Assembly: GCA_964637525.1 (NCBI GenBank)
Contig: CAZWUG010000001.1
Location: 1 to 44,878, forward strand
Length of the DNA stretch: 44,878 nt
DNA from: an uncultured Gammaproteobacteria bacterium
Lineage (GTDB): Bacteria > Patescibacteriota > Microgenomatia > UBA12405
Reading direction: 5' to 3'
Made by a program: the position numbers and the translations under genes. The notes beneath the pieces were generated by a model. It was not told the origin of the DNA. It did not search any database and was given only the letters and a program-made list of their open reading frames with translations. Positions 34,189 through 42,073 of this stretch are shown here, in pieces. How positions within the stretch are numbered: the first letter of the stretch is position 1; each line of letters begins with the position of its first letter.

Positions 34189-34944
34189 ATGATAGTTATC
34201 AAAACTACCCAGCAAATTGAGGGAATTCGTCAATCGTCAAAATTAGCTGCCAAAACTTTAACATATTTAGCTAATTTTATTAAACCCGGTATTTCCACTG
34301 AAAAATTAAATTCCTTAGGTCATAAATTTATTCTCGATCATCATGCTATCCCTGCTCCGTTAAACTATGGTGGTTTCCCCAAAAGTATTTGTACTTCTAT
34401 CAACGATGTTGTTTGCCATGGCATCCCGTCAAAAAATGAAAGCCTCAAAGAAGGGGATATCATCAATCTTGATATTACTACTATTCTTAACGGTTTTTAT
34501 GGTGACACTTCTGCCACTTACCCGGTTGGGAAAATTTCTTCTCAAGCTCAAAAATTAATTGATATTACCAGAAAATCTTTATATCTTTCTATTGACCATC
34601 TCCAGCCAGGCCGAATTCTTAATGATTGTGTTGGTAAAATTATTGAACCTTATGTCAGAAAGTTTGGTTTCAGCGTTGTTCGTGAATTGGGTGGTCATGG
34701 TGTTGGTCTTAAATTTCACGAAGATCCATTTGTTTATCATTTTGACTATCCTAAGGAAAAAATTATTCTGAAACCGGGTATGGTTTTTACTGTTGAACCC
34801 ATGATTAACGGCTCATCCGACCATCGGGTTACTTTAGACCAAGACGATTCCTGGACTATCCGCACTTTTAACCATTCCCTTTCTGCCCAATTTGAGCATA
34901 CTATTTTAATTACTCAAAACGGCTCCGAAATTCTTACTATCTAA
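34189..34944 (+). CDS. map: Type I methionine aminopeptidase
   Basis: 251 aa with VCHGIP, DIINLDIT, GDTSATY, GHGVG, FTVEPM and EHTILIT metal-ligand blocks. Confidence 0.95.
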   Translation: MIVIKTTQQIEGIRQSSKLAAKTLTYLANFIKPGISTEKLNSLGHKFILDHHAIPAPLNYGGFPKSICTSINDVVCHGIPSKNESLKEGDIINLDITTILNGFYGDTSATYPVGKISSQAQKLIDITRKSLYLSIDHLQPGRILNDCVGKIIEPYVRKFGFSVVRELGGHGVGLKFHEDPFVYHFDYPKEKIILKPGMVFTVEPMINGSSDHRVTLDQDDSWTIRTFNHSLSAQFEHTILITQNGSEILTI

Positions 34945-34963
34945 AAAATAATTTCTAAAAATT

Positions 34964-34998
34964 CCCTGCCCTGTCAAGGGAAGGGTTAGGGAAGGGTT
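34964..34998 (+). terminator. G+C-rich hairpin plus T-run downstream of map; contains an 11-nt tandem duplication
   Basis: ccctgccct (34964-34972), loop gtca, then agggaaggg (34977-34985), giving 8 of 9 pairs. It is followed by tt, a second agggaagggtt copy and tg. Confidence 0.5.
34977..34998 (+). repeat. Perfect tandem direct repeat, 2 x 11 nt (agggaagggtt)
   Basis: 34977-34987 and 34988-34998 are identical. Either copy can pair with ccctgccct. Confidence 0.9.
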
Positions 34999-35001
34999 TG
35001 T

Positions 35002-35007
35002 TATACT
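35002..35007 (+). promoter_or_regulatory. Putative -10 box (TATACT), 5 nt upstream of ATG 35013
   Basis: ttgtTATACTaacttATG. Confidence 0.35.
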
Positions 35008-35012
35008 AACTT

Positions 35013-35846
35013 ATGATTTTATTAGATGGCAAAGCCACTTCTCAAAAAATTCTTGATTCATTAAAAAAAGAAATTCAAACCCTAAATCTGAAACCTAGAT
35101 TGGACATTATTTTAGTCGGGGAATATCCGCCTAGTATTAAATATGTTGAAATGAAACAAAAAAAAGCTGAATCTATAGGCATTAGTGGTCAAATCCATCG
35201 TTTATCGGAAAATTCATCTACTGATCAAATTACTTCCCTTATCCAGAAACTTAATCAAAACAACCAAGTAACTGGATTAATGGTTCAACTCCCGCTTCCG
35301 CCACCAGTCAACACTCTTAAAGTTCTTTCTTCTATTAATCCTCAAAAAGATGCCGATGGATTAAGTCCGGCTAACTTAGGTCTTCTTTTTCAAAAAAAAT
35401 CAAATGGGATCGCTGCTGCCACTTCTTTAGGCATAATAAAATTATTGGAAGAATACCAAATTGATTTAAGCGGAAAAAATGCGGTAATAATTGGTCGTAG
35501 TCCTGATGTCAGTCTGCCTTTATTTGCCTTGTTGTTAGCCAAAAATACTACTGTAACTATCTGTCATTCACATACCCGGAATTTAGCTCAAATCTGTTCT
35601 CAGGCTGATATTTTAATTTCTGCCATTGGTAAGCCAAAATTTTTAGATAAAGAATATGTAAAAGATAAGGCAATTATTATTGATGTTGGCTATGCCACTG
35701 ACTCAGTCACCGGCAAAACCAGTGGTGATTTTGATTTTGAAAATATCAAAAATTTGACCAGCTACATTACCCCTGTTCCTGGTGGTGTCGGTCCTATGAC
35801 CGTCGCCTCACTTTTATTCAACACTGTCCAACTCGCCAAAAAATAA
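35013..35846 (+). CDS. folD: Bifunctional methylenetetrahydrofolate dehydrogenase/methenyl-THF cyclohydrolase FolD
   Basis: 277 aa with ILLDGKA, YVEMKQKKAE, GLMVQLPLP, DADGL, VIIGRS and ITPVPGGVGPMTVA. Confidence 0.95.
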   Translation: MILLDGKATSQKILDSLKKEIQTLNLKPRLDIILVGEYPPSIKYVEMKQKKAESIGISGQIHRLSENSSTDQITSLIQKLNQNNQVTGLMVQLPLPPPVNTLKVLSSINPQKDADGLSPANLGLLFQKKSNGIAAATSLGIIKLLEEYQIDLSGKNAVIIGRSPDVSLPLFALLLAKNTTVTICHSHTRNLAQICSQADILISAIGKPKFLDKEYVKDKAIIIDVGYATDSVTGKTSGDFDFENIKNLTSYITPVPGGVGPMTVASLLFNTVQLAKK

Positions 35847-35880
35847 TAATTTTTAAAATTTAGATTTAATTAAAAATTGC

Positions 35881-35886
35881 TATAAT
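35881..35886 (+). promoter_or_regulatory. Putative -10 box (TATAAT), 7 nt upstream of ATG 35894
   Basis: ttgcTATAATaccttatATG. Confidence 0.45.
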
Positions 35887-35893
35887 ACCTTAT

Positions 35894-36133
35894 ATGCGAA
35901 TTCAACTTTATGATCGGGGATTACCCCAAGGCCAAAAGTTATTTGCTGATTTAGACGCCGTTTGTCAGCGCCTTCAAATCGACTACGATCCGGAATATAT
36001 TAAAGATATGTCTCGAGTTTATAGTTTGGGCGTTCAAGGAAGTACTGTTCTCTTAATTAACAATGAAATAGTCTTTGTCGATAAATACCCCAATCAAAAA
36101 GAATTGGAAACTATTATTCAGGAATATGTTTAG
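35894..36133 (+). CDS. Small thioredoxin-fold protein (Thioredoxin_3/MTH895-like) lacking the CxxC redox motif
   Basis: 79 aa, collinear with small stand-alone thioredoxin-like proteins (MKIEVLGTGCxKC...GV..TPALVINGKVVF.G..P). Here the N-terminus is MRIQLYDRGLPQGQ, with no Cys pair. Confidence 0.55.
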   Translation: MRIQLYDRGLPQGQKLFADLDAVCQRLQIDYDPEYIKDMSRVYSLGVQGSTVLLINNEIVFVDKYPNQKELETIIQEYV

Positions 36134-36338
36134 TTTTATCCGCAAATTTCTTAAAAAAAGAAATCATCTCAATACTATTTTAGAATTACTTGGAGCTGTA
36201 GCTATTTGGTGGGGAATTTGGGGAATTCTTGACTCGTTTGTCTTTCCCAAAAATGAATTTTGGAGCTATTTAATTTCTATCTTTTTAGGATTTTTGATAA
36301 TTTTTGTCGTCGGTGGGGAACTAGACGATCTTAAATAA
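36126..36338 (+). CDS. Small two-helix membrane protein, function unknown
   Basis: 70 aa counted from ATG 36126 (MFSFIRKF..), which overlaps the upstream stop by 8 nt. The track's 36075 start would overlap by 59 nt. Two hydrophobic helices. Confidence 0.5.
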   Translation: MFSFIRKFLKKRNHLNTILELLGAVAIWWGIWGILDSFVFPKNEFWSYLISIFLGFLIIFVVGGELDDLK

Positions 36339-37046
36339 TTTTCTTGCGTTATCATCAATTATTTTTTCGCTTGTTTCCAAACTCATTTGCCAAATTTCTG
36401 ATACTTTTTGATATACATACTTCACATATTCTGGACAATTTTTCTCTCCACGGAAGGGGACTGGCGTCAAAAAAGGCGAGTCTGTTTCTAAAATTAACCT
36501 ATCTTTAGGTATTTCTGCTACTACTTGTTCCAATCCGATTTCATAAGTCAAATTTCCATCAATTCCAAAATACCACTCACCCGGTAATTCCAGAAATTTT
36601 TTAATTCTTTTTTTACCGCCAGTATAACAATGAATTACTCCGGATAAATTTTCATATTCTCCCAAAATCTCCAAAGTTTCATCACTAGCTTGTCGGCTAT
36701 GAATAATTAATGGCCGGCTTACATTTTGCGACATTACTATTTGTTTTCTGAAAAGCTCTATCTGTTTTTTCTTGTCCATTTCAGTAATTTCATCTGTAAA
36801 TTCAAGTCCACATTCTCCAATAGCCGCTACCCGCTTCTCAAACAATTTCTCTAGTTCCTCAAAACTGTTGCTAATTTCTTGTGGATGGATCCCAATTGCT
36901 GGCAACATTTTTTTATTTATTTTTGCTAATTCCAAATTATCTTTTGAATCTGCCAAACAACTTGCCGCCAAAACCACATAATCCAACCCTTCAATCCTTA
37001 TCTCTTCACTAAACCGGCTAGATAGGTGAGCGTGTGTATCAATCAT
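36321..37046 (-). CDS. tatD: TatD-family metal-dependent hydrolase/DNase
   Basis: 241 aa with MIDTHAHL, GECGLEF, IIHSR, VIHCYTG and LETDSPFL. It has a TAATG overlap with the metG stop. Confidence 0.9.
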   Translation of the reverse strand: MIDTHAHLSSRFSEEIRIEGLDYVVLAASCLADSKDNLELAKINKKMLPAIGIHPQEISNSFEELEKLFEKRVAAIGECGLEFTDEITEMDKKKQIELFRKQIVMSQNVSRPLIIHSRQASDETLEILGEYENLSGVIHCYTGGKKRIKKFLELPGEWYFGIDGNLTYEIGLEQVVAEIPKDRLILETDSPFLTPVPFRGEKNCPEYVKYVYQKVSEIWQMSLETSEKIIDDNARKLFKIV

Positions 37047-38494
37047 TAGATCCTCGGGAATAATGATTTTTCCAGCGGCTTAATTTCTCCACTGAAAACA
37101 TCCAAAATTTTTTGTGAAGTTTCCGGCATTACTGGCTCAATATAAAATGCCGCCTTTTGTAAATTGGCGATACAAATTTGTAATATTTCATTTCTTTTGG
37201 GATCCGTTTTTTCCAATTTCCATGGAGTTTCCTGGTTTAAGTAATTATTAGTTTTATCGATAAATTCATTAAATACCCAACTTAATGCTTCATCAAATTT
37301 GAAACTATCAATTAGTCTCACAAAATTCTCATCTAAAATCCCCGTCTTGTCTGCCCGCCAAGACTGATAAGCTATCAGCGGGTCAAGAAGGGGTTTATCT
37401 CCTTCCGCCAATTTTGCCACTCTCGACACTAAATTACCCAAATTATTGGCTAAATCAGCATTATATTTTTCTTTAAACCTTTCAATTCCTACATCACTAT
37501 CATTTTCAGTTGGAAAAGATCTGGCAATCAAATACCGGGCTCCATCAACCCCAAACAAATCCGCTAACTGTTGTGGTGAAATTACATTTCCCAATGATTT
37601 AGACATTTTTTGTCCGTCAATCATATAAAAGCTGTGAATATAAACTTTTTTTGGTAACTGGTCTACCCCAAATCCGGCTGATAACAACATTGCTTGCCAA
37701 ATCACGGTATGAAACCACAAAATTTCTTTACCGATCAAATGTACATTGGCCGGCCAAAAATCTTTTTTACCTTCCACAAATTGAGTCGCCGAATAATAAT
37801 TAATTAAGGCATCAAACCAGACATAAACCGTTTGTTTTGTGTCCCAAGGTATACCAATCCCCCATTCTACATTTTCGCGAGATAATGATATATCCCGAAC
37901 TCCAGCTTTAAGTTTAGCCAAAGTCTCTAATCTTTTCCCTTCAGGGAAAATATAATTAGTTTCATCATTTTCAATTAGTTCAATTAACTTTGGTATATAT
38001 TTACTTAATCTAAAAAACCAATTTTCTTCGGATTTTCGGACTGTTTTTTCCGGTGGATGAAGTGGACAATGCCCGTCTACCAATTCCGTTTCAGTTAAAA
38101 ACTTTTCGCAGCCAACACAATACCAACCTTCGTATTTATCCTTGTAAGCATCACCATTATCATAAATTTTTTGCAACAATTCCTGAACTACTTTCTCATG
38201 TTTCGGATTAGTTGTTCTAATAAAAAAATCAAAACCAATATTCAAATTTTTCCAGGCTTCTTCAAATCTAGGAGAAATTTTGTCACAATAATCAATTGGT
38301 TTTAAATTCTCTTTTGCAGCTGATTCGGCCACTTTTTGACCATGTTCATCAGTTCCCGTCAAAAAAAACACTTCATCACCCCAGGCTTTATGTGCTCTAG
38401 CCGCAATATCTGCCGCCACTGTTGTACAAGTGTGTCCGATATGAGGAATATCGTTTATATAGTAAATTGGGGTAGTAATAAAAAATTTTTTCAT
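37046..38494 (-). CDS. metG: Methionine--tRNA ligase (short form without the C-terminal dimerisation/tRNA-binding extension)
   Basis: 482 aa with HIGH motif PHIGHTCT, zinc knuckle CVGCEKF...CPLH and KMSKS. Confidence 0.95.
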   Translation of the reverse strand: MKKFFITTPIYYINDIPHIGHTCTTVAADIAARAHKAWGDEVFFLTGTDEHGQKVAESAAKENLKPIDYCDKISPRFEEAWKNLNIGFDFFIRTTNPKHEKVVQELLQKIYDNGDAYKDKYEGWYCVGCEKFLTETELVDGHCPLHPPEKTVRKSEENWFFRLSKYIPKLIELIENDETNYIFPEGKRLETLAKLKAGVRDISLSRENVEWGIGIPWDTKQTVYVWFDALINYYSATQFVEGKKDFWPANVHLIGKEILWFHTVIWQAMLLSAGFGVDQLPKKVYIHSFYMIDGQKMSKSLGNVISPQQLADLFGVDGARYLIARSFPTENDSDVGIERFKEKYNADLANNLGNLVSRVAKLAEGDKPLLDPLIAYQSWRADKTGILDENFVRLIDSFKFDEALSWVFNEFIDKTNNYLNQETPWKLEKTDPKRNEILQICIANLQKAAFYIEPVMPETSQKILDVFSGEIKPLEKSLFPRI

Positions 38495-38505
38495 TTGTAT
38501 ATCAA

Positions 38506-38511
38506 ATTATA
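38506..38511 (-). promoter_or_regulatory. Putative -10 box (TATAAT), 11 nt upstream of ATG 38494 (metG)
   Basis: The minus strand reads gctTATAATttgatatacaaATG, immediately after the rpsT terminator. Confidence 0.4.
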
Positions 38512-38525
38512 AGCTTTACCAACAA

Positions 38526-38551
38526 AAAAGAGTACTTTTCAGTACTCTTTT
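38526..38551 (-). terminator. Intrinsic terminator of rpsT (11-bp stem, GAAA loop, U-tract)
   Basis: The minus strand reads aaaagagtact-gaaa-agtactcttttttgtt. The stem is perfect and is followed by a T-run. Confidence 0.6.
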
Positions 38552-38555
38552 ATCT

Positions 38556-38590
38556 GCCACATTATTTGAGTAAAACTCAAACTCTGTGGC
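38556..38590 (-). other. Second, two-tier hairpin directly after the rpsT stop codon
   Basis: The minus strand reads gccaca-gag-tttgagt-ttt-actcaaa-taa-tgtggc. This gives a 6-bp outer stem and a 7-bp inner stem with a symmetric 3x3 internal loop, starting 2 nt after the stop. Confidence 0.35.
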
Positions 38591-38592
38591 CA

Positions 38593-38916
38593 TTACATTT
38601 TTTTAGCAGATTTTGATTTACCGGTTTTCTTTACCTTGGTTTTAGTAATTTTTTTAGCTACAGCTTTGGTTGATACCACACCATCTTTCAATTTTTTAAC
38701 ATAATTAGCCTTAAGGCGAGAAGTTTTATTTTTATGAAAAATTCCTTTCTTAACTGATTTATCCAAGATAGAATGAACTTCTTTTAAAGAATCATTGGTT
38801 GGTTTAGCCAAGAATTTCTTGACGGTTAATTTTAATTTTGTTTTAAACAAAACATTATCCCTGTTATTTTTAACAGACTTTCTTAAAGATTTTTTTGCAG
38901 ATAAACTTATTGGCAT
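38593..38916 (-). CDS. rpsT: 30S ribosomal protein S20 with a Lys-rich C-terminal extension
   Basis: 107 aa. MPISLSAKKSLRKSVKNNRDNVLFKTKLK..., and KGIFHKNKTSRLKA is typical of S20. Confidence 0.9.
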   Translation of the reverse strand: MPISLSAKKSLRKSVKNNRDNVLFKTKLKLTVKKFLAKPTNDSLKEVHSILDKSVKKGIFHKNKTSRLKANYVKKLKDGVVSTKAVAKKITKTKVKKTGKSKSAKKM

Positions 38917-38923
38917 GACAGGT

Positions 38924-38929
38924 ATTCTA
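38924..38929 (-). promoter_or_regulatory. Putative -10 box (TAGAAT), 7 nt upstream of ATG 38916
   Basis: The minus strand reads aagaTAGAATacctgtcATG. Confidence 0.4.
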
Positions 38930-38957
38930 TCTTATATACCAATCTTTTACAAGAATT

Positions 38958-38963
38958 TATAAT
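38958..38963 (+). promoter_or_regulatory. Putative -10 box (TATAAT), 6 nt upstream of ATG 38970; leaderless-type
   Basis: gaattTATAATacacttATG. Confidence 0.45.
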
Positions 38964-38969
38964 ACACTT

Positions 38970-40595
38970 ATGAACTTTTCTCAGCGCCTTAGTCTCATCA
39001 GTCAGAAAAAACAGCATACTATTTTGTCTGCATCTATCGTTTTGGCCGTCACATTTGGCCTATCAGCCATTCTTGGCTTCTTAAGAAGCCGATTTTTATA
39101 CGCTACCTTTTTTAAATGTTGTGTTGCCCAGCTAGATGTTTACAACGCCGCTTTTCGTTTACCTGATTTAATTTTTAAACTTTTAGTTACCGGCGCATTA
39201 TCAGCTTCTTTTATCCCTGTCTTTTCTAGTCATCTTCAAAAAGATCCTCAAAAAGCTTACAAAATCGCTTCAAGTGTCATTAATATTTTACTTTTAATCT
39301 TCACTGTTGCCTCTTTAATTGTTTTAATTTTTACTCGACCTTTAAATAATTTAATTGCTGCCGGCTTCGGCGCAGAACAATTAGATTTAATGGTTAACTT
39401 AACTAGAATTTTACTTATCGCTCAAATCTTTTTTTTAATCAGTAATTTCATCACTGCCATTTTACAAGTCAACCAGATTTTTATTATCCCTGCTATCTCC
39501 CCCATTGTATACAACATCTTCATTATATTAAGTATTTTTACCTTGGCTCCCACTTTCGGCATTTATGGAGTAGTTTATGGAGCAGTTATTGGAGCTTTTT
39601 TCCATTTAGCCATTCAAATCCCGGCAGCCAAACGGCAAGGATTTAAATATAAACTAATTCTTGATACTAAAATTGATGGGGTTAAAGAAGTATTTAGACT
39701 AATGATTCCTAGAAGTCTCTCTCTTGGACTAGGAGAAATAGAAAATACTGTCACTTTATTTTTTGCCAGTGGTCTTGCTGCTGGGTCAATCTCTTTACTC
39801 AATTTAGCTCTTCAACTTATGTATTTACCTAGTCGTATTTTTGGGACTACCGTCGGCCAGGCTTCTCTCCCTCTTCTTTCCAAAAATATTGCCAGGAATG
39901 AACTTAAAGATTTTCGGGATACTGTTGCCAGGATAATTAGTCAAAGTTTATTTATTGCCTTACCTATAACTGTAATCACTTTGGTTCAAAGAGTAGCTAT
40001 TATCCGTCTTTTATTTGGATCTCAAGATTTCCCTTGGACGGCCACTATCACTACTGCTAGAATTTTGGCCTTTTTAACTCCGGCTATTGTTTGCCAAGCA
40101 GTTATTCAAATTCTAATTAGATCATTTTATGCTCTCCACAACACCAAAATTCCTTTTAAAGTGTCTTTAATTTCACTTATTTTTAACATTAGCAGTAGTT
40201 TTCTTTTAGTTAAATTTACTCATCTTGAAGTTATTGGTTTAGCTATCAGCTCCACTATCGGTAATATTATCCAAACCATCGGGCTATTTTATTTTTTTAT
40301 TAAAATTGTTGATGGTTTTGACTGGGTCAATACTCTTAAAAAAATCAATAAGATATTATTTGCCTCATTAATTATGGGAATTTTTACTTGGTTAAGTTTA
40401 AAATTTTTAGATTTATTTATTTTAGATACTACCAGAACCATCCCTTTACTCATTGTCTTCTCTTTATCCACCTTATTTGGGGCAATAGTCTATTTATACA
40501 CCGTAAAAATATTTAACCTTGAGGAAATCAAAGACTATCAGAAATATTTTTTAAAGCTTAAGAAAAAAATAATTCCGCCAAAAATTACCTTGTAA
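38970..40595 (+). CDS. murJ: Lipid II flippase MurJ (MviN)
   Basis: 541 aa with ~14 TM helices. N-terminal LGFLRSRFL...FGAS-like region, AFRLPDLIFKLLVTGALSASFIPVFS and MIPRSLSLGLGEI. Confidence 0.9.
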   Translation: MNFSQRLSLISQKKQHTILSASIVLAVTFGLSAILGFLRSRFLYATFFKCCVAQLDVYNAAFRLPDLIFKLLVTGALSASFIPVFSSHLQKDPQKAYKIASSVINILLLIFTVASLIVLIFTRPLNNLIAAGFGAEQLDLMVNLTRILLIAQIFFLISNFITAILQVNQIFIIPAISPIVYNIFIILSIFTLAPTFGIYGVVYGAVIGAFFHLAIQIPAAKRQGFKYKLILDTKIDGVKEVFRLMIPRSLSLGLGEIENTVTLFFASGLAAGSISLLNLALQLMYLPSRIFGTTVGQASLPLLSKNIARNELKDFRDTVARIISQSLFIALPITVITLVQRVAIIRLLFGSQDFPWTATITTARILAFLTPAIVCQAVIQILIRSFYALHNTKIPFKVSLISLIFNISSSFLLVKFTHLEVIGLAISSTIGNIIQTIGLFYFFIKIVDGFDWVNTLKKINKILFASLIMGIFTWLSLKFLDLFILDTTRTIPLLIVFSLSTLFGAIVYLYTVKIFNLEEIKDYQKYFLKLKKKIIPPKITL

Positions 40596-40621
40596 GTGTT
40601 TAATTTAAACAAATAGTCATA

Positions 40622-40627
40622 TATACT
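40622..40627 (+). promoter_or_regulatory. Putative -10 box (TATACT), 6 nt upstream of ATG 40634
   Basis: gtcataTATACTgaaagtATG. Confidence 0.35.
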
Positions 40628-40633
40628 GAAAGT

Positions 40634-41206
40634 ATGGCTGTTAAAAAAGAGCTATCACTACTACCAGACTCAGAAAATCCTAATTCATTCGGAGCTAGAG
40701 CTATTAAATGGTTAACCACTGTTGGTAGGTGGGTTATTGTTCTAACAGAACTTATTGTCGTCTCCGCTTTTATCTCTAGATTTTGGCTTGACAGGAAGAA
40801 TTCTGATCTTTCAGAGACTATTCGGCAACAGCAAAGCATTCTGGAAACAACTCAATCTTTCGAAAGTGAATTTAACTCATTCCAACAGCGTCTTAATTTT
40901 ATTAGTGATTTTTATAAAAATAATCCCCAGTACGACCAAAAAATTACTACGCTCATAAACAGTACTCCGAATGATCTTATTTATCAGACAATCTCTTTTA
41001 GAAAAGAAGAAAATGATAAAAATCTTTCGGCCACCGCCTCATTAATTGCTTTTAATGAGAAATCCCTTATTTCGTTCATTAATAATCTCACTCTCAATCC
41101 CGATATAGAAAGCGTTAAGATAAATCAAATTGAAAAAAAACAACAGGAAAATAATTATTTAATAAACATTTCAGTTGTCTTTAAAAATTTGCTCCAAAAA
41201 ACATGA
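40634..41206 (+). CDS. Bitopic membrane protein, PilN-like (tentative)
   Basis: 190 aa. It has a short cytoplasmic N-terminus with ELSLLP (compare the PilN INLLP motif), one TM helix, a coiled-coil segment and then an alpha/beta C-terminal region. Confidence 0.4.
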   Translation: MAVKKELSLLPDSENPNSFGARAIKWLTTVGRWVIVLTELIVVSAFISRFWLDRKNSDLSETIRQQQSILETTQSFESEFNSFQQRLNFISDFYKNNPQYDQKITTLINSTPNDLIYQTISFRKEENDKNLSATASLIAFNEKSLISFINNLTLNPDIESVKINQIEKKQQENNYLINISVVFKNLLQKT

Positions 41207-41802
41207 TTGAAAAAACAAACTGGTTTAAAAATCAATCAATCTATCAATACATTCGGCAGCAAGCAGAAAATAGAAAGACGATGCAATACCTAGAAGTAGG
41301 GGCGACCTTTCTGTTAATAACTGTTTTTTTAACCACCGCAATCGCTCCGACTGCTTCAGCTATCTCCAAATTATTGGGGGAAATTAAATCAAAAGAAATC
41401 ACCACTATTGCCATGAAACAAAAAATAGCTAATGTTGTCCTTGCTCAGGATGATTTTGCTCAAGCCCAAGAAAAGTTTTCTATATTGGAATCAAGTTATC
41501 CATCAAAACCGGAGTTTCATCAAGCAGCCTCTACCTTTTCTTCTATATCAAAACAATCAAACACTTCTATTAAACAAATTAAATATAACCTAAATAACGA
41601 TTCAAAAAAACAAAACATCCAATCTTATAATATTGATCTTAGTATCAATAGTTCTTACTCAGGAATGTTAGATATGATTAAAAGAATTGAAAATGGTCGA
41701 CGTCTTATAGATATTAATTCAGTCGTTTTCACCAAAACTGATAAAGGTCTTATTCTTAATATATCAACTAATCTAGTTTATTCACCTATTTTTACCAAAT
41801 GA
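41203..41802 (+). CDS. Bitopic membrane protein, PilO-like (tentative)
   Basis: 199 aa with a TM helix (ATFLLITVFLTTAIAP), a coiled coil and a C-terminal globular part. It has ATGA overlaps at both ends. Confidence 0.35.
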   Translation: MIEKTNWFKNQSIYQYIRQQAENRKTMQYLEVGATFLLITVFLTTAIAPTASAISKLLGEIKSKEITTIAMKQKIANVVLAQDDFAQAQEKFSILESSYPSKPEFHQAASTFSSISKQSNTSIKQIKYNLNNDSKKQNIQSYNIDLSINSSYSGMLDMIKRIENGRRLIDINSVVFTKTDKGLILNISTNLVYSPIFTK

Positions 41803-42065
41803 ACAAAAATAAAATCTCTCTCTACTTTGCTTTTATCGCTATTTTAAGCTTTCTTACTTTTTTTATCTCAATTGCCCAGAAAAGTTATTTTAATCTAGTC
41901 GGTCCTATCAAAGAAGTAGAATCAAACAAACTTCTTACCCCAATTGATCCAAAACTTAATTTAGAAATTATCAATGATATTGAAATTCGCCCGGAAAACG
42001 TAGATGATGGCTTAATAAATTTTTCTCTAGAGGAAGTAGCTACTTTTAGCGGTCAAAATAATTAG
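41799..42065 (+). CDS. Small single-pass membrane protein, function unknown
   Basis: 88 aa with an N-terminal TM helix (LYFAFIAILSFLTFFISIA). It has an ATGA overlap with the upstream gene. Confidence 0.5.
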   Translation: MNKNKISLYFAFIAILSFLTFFISIAQKSYFNLVGPIKEVESNKLLTPIDPKLNLEIINDIEIRPENVDDGLINFSLEEVATFSGQNN

Positions 42066-42073
42066 AGAGCAAC

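Noticed and set aside
38495-38592. T-box or other leader riboswitch upstream of metG
   Set aside because: The spacer is only 98 nt. It is accounted for by the rpsT 3' hairpin, the rpsT terminator and the metG -10 box, and it has no specifier loop or T-box sequence.
40600-40839. 79-aa minus-strand ORF, plus the 40755-40958 plus-strand ORF, overlapping the PilN-like gene
   Set aside because: They are off-frame or antisense to an ORF that fits the operon's ATGA coupling chain. Neither has a promoter or start context.
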